64,000 nt of DNA from Eremomyces bilateralis CBS 781.70 (taxonomy: Eukaryota): the NCBI GenBank assembly GCA_010015585.1, contig ML975155.1, one strand, 5' to 3'. Positions 61,603-64,000 of the stretch are shown here, in pieces. Made by a program: the position numbers and the translations under genes. Position 1 is the first letter of the stretch; every line of letters starts with the position of its first letter. The notes beneath the pieces are model-generated. The model was not told where the DNA came from. It saw only the letters and a list, made by a program, of their open reading frames with translations, and did no database searches.

Positions 61603-63508
61603 TTACTCCACGGCAATCTCCTTTCCGCTCTGGTTCGAGAGCTCATCGCTGCCGCGTCCGACATGACCGTTCTGTCGCGGACGGTTGCCGTAGCCTGAGC
61701 CACGTTCCGGGACCGGTCCACGTGGTTGTCGGGCCGGGATCATCGCCCCACGGTCCCGGGGGCCCTCGCTGGCGTCAAAGTTCGTGCTGAACGCTCGGTG
61801 TCCGCCGATCGGTCCCGGGTTGGCTCCATCGTTGTTCCACCCCAGAATGCCTCGGCGAGGGCTTCCACTGGGAGCCAGGGTCGACGAGGTCAGCGTCATG
61901 CTTCCCATGCCGTTGACCAGGTCGTCGCGACCCCCGGCCGTAGGCGTCATGGAGGTCTGGCTGTTGACCGCCGATGTGAATGGATCATTGGAAAATCGCG
62001 GGAGGTTGGTGTTCAGATTGATCGGGAAGCTCGCTGTGGACGGAACGGGGGATGGGGTGTAGGATCGCAAGTCCGCATACGACTTGGCCGGTCGCAGGTT
62101 GGGACCGGGTCCGAGGCCGGCAGGAGAGTCGGGATATCCACCGAGGAGTCCCGATGACTGGCGGCCGATGGTGTTGTAGAATCCTTCCCCGGCGCGCACA
62201 TCGGTGAAGTCGGTCGTTGCCGCTCGGTTCAGCGTGCGGCGCGGGTCGACGGAATGACGTCCTGGAGGGCTCATGTTGCCTCGATTCATGTTTTCCAATG
62301 CAACCCGAGTGACGACCACCCGGCGGCTGTCCCCTTCACCCTGGGAGTTATGCGAAAGCCCCATGTGGTGGGCAAGGGTGTGAACCACACGTCGTTCGGT
62401 CGGAGCTAGTTGAGGGGAGAATGAGATTGTGTCTCGGCTGAGGTCCTCTTTGAACAGCAAAATTTGTGAGTAGTATCGAAGCACGGTAGGGTCATTCATA
62501 TCCACGTCTGGTAACGCATGGTCAGTATGTTTACTGATAATGGATGCCGCGTCTGATATACCATGCACGAGATTTCGTTGGTTCACAGGTGATGGAGATG
62601 TGGTCGGCAGGTGTCCTCCTCCGAGAGAGGACAAGGAGGATTGGTTATGGAGTTGCCCAGCGGGCAAGGGGCGATGCTGTTCTTCCAGCTGGCCTCTCCG
62701 TTCTCGCTTCTCGCGCTCGATCCGTTCGCGTTCCGCAATGGGAAGCATTTTCTTATACTCGACCCGCAACTTTCGCCCCTGGAGTTCATAATGATTCAGG
62801 TGCTGAATCACCGCCGCCGTCTCGTGGGGGTTCGTGAAGTTGGCAAACGCCAGTCCACGGAACACTCCGTTGTCGAAGTGGTAGTTGAACGCATACGGAA
62901 GCGGCAAGCCAAGGTCGGTCATCAGCTGCACGAGCTGTTCCTTTTTCACGGCAAACGGAATGTTCTTGATGACGATGGCGGTGGGAATGAGTTCATCGTC
63001 ATTGGAACCGAGATTCATGTCGCTATTCGGGCGTTGAGCCATCGAGAGCGGTGGATTTCCAACACCGCCAAAATTGGGAATGGGTGCTCCGATGCCCGAT
63101 CCTTCCATCCATGTCTGCAGCGTTATATCAGTGAAATGTTCATGCCGAATCTCCTCGATCCTCAAGGTGCAAACATACTGTTGGAAGTCCGGCTCGGCCG
63201 CCTCGATGCATGGGGGGGTTTCTTCGCGAGTTGATCGCAGGCATGGAACCGGACGAAGGAAAGACTCCGTTCCAGGTCTGGTTGTCCACCAGGTCGTAAT
63301 AACCGGGCTGCATCGTGGGATTCATCCGCTCATTGAACCGGTGCGCAAAGGGTTGCGCATTCATGTCTTCGGGGATATACGTGGCCGCGGCTTGGCCGTA
63401 CGCATCAAACTGACGAGATGGTTGCCGATGAAGAGTCTGATTCGGATGGCGGAGCGAACCAGGGGAACGCGAGGCCGGGTTGTCAAAATAATCGTTGGGA
63501 TTATTCAT
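61603..63508 (-). CDS. RRM plus R3H RNA-binding protein (Pin4/Cip-like), 2 introns
   Basis: IVIKNIPF, FRGLAFANF, RKLRVEYKK; R3H ERRVVHTLAHH; introns 63178-63115 and 62561-62508. Confidence 0.92.
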
Positions 63509-64000
63509 GGTGACGCGATGGGGAAGGGAGGTCGAGTGCAGGACGATGGAGGGTAAGAATGGGGGATTCTTGACCTGTCGTCCTTCTTCACTTCAACGAG
63601 GGAAAGAGCTTGGATCCCAATGGACAAAAGCCGTTCAAAACGAGCAGTCGGGCTGCAGCATGAGCGGACTCGCTTCCGACCGAAGTGGTGGGTGCAGTGG
63701 AGGGTTAGGGAGGGTAGAGAGCAGAGAAAGAAAAATGCCGGGTAGAAAAGCGGCAGCAAGAACAAAGGAGGAGGAAAATGAGGGAGTGGACCACCAACAG
63801 GCGACCTGTGCCGTGCTCCCTGCAGCGGTGCGGCGAGGAACGACACACCTGGGGCTAATCAGGAGTGCAGTTAGGTAGAACCACGGAACTGCAGGATCGG
63901 ATGGAGGGAAGTGGAGTGAGTGGTGCAGGTGTCGAGACTCTCGAGGGAGGGATAAGGGGGAGGAGGAGGGAGGAGGAGGAGGAAATAATGAGGTTGTGAA

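Overview
Eukaryotic DNA from a filamentous ascomycete (Pezizomycotina; the H2A.Z sequence suggests Dothideomycetes, low confidence). It is gene-dense, with about 29 protein-coding genes, many with short spliceosomal introns. Most are housekeeping genes: HSP60, FAP7, HAM1, HD nucleotidase, HAUS6, acyltransferase, POS5, TUP1, trehalose synthase, ERG3, SIZ1, pepP, NUR1, VMA7, NPC2, H2A.Z and PIN4-like. Accessory-type genes are an atypical P450, a class II peroxidase, a HET-domain gene and an intronless GMC oxidase. I recognised no rRNA, tRNA, CRISPR array or transposase. Best leads: (1) the HET gene extends about 460 bp upstream of the called ORF through two in-frame TAG codons that interrupt an intact CxxC..HH..GCxxC motif, and it lies between 14-bp inverted repeats; (2) a candidate intronic box C/D snoRNA with 13-nt complementarity to LSU rRNA in a ribosome-biogenesis gene; (3) a POS5 mitochondrial leader exon joined by a GC-AG intron and overlapped by a uORF; (4) seven ACGCGT sites packed in and around H2A.Z. 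Gene models and family assignments were read by eye and recalled from memory, with no database searches.
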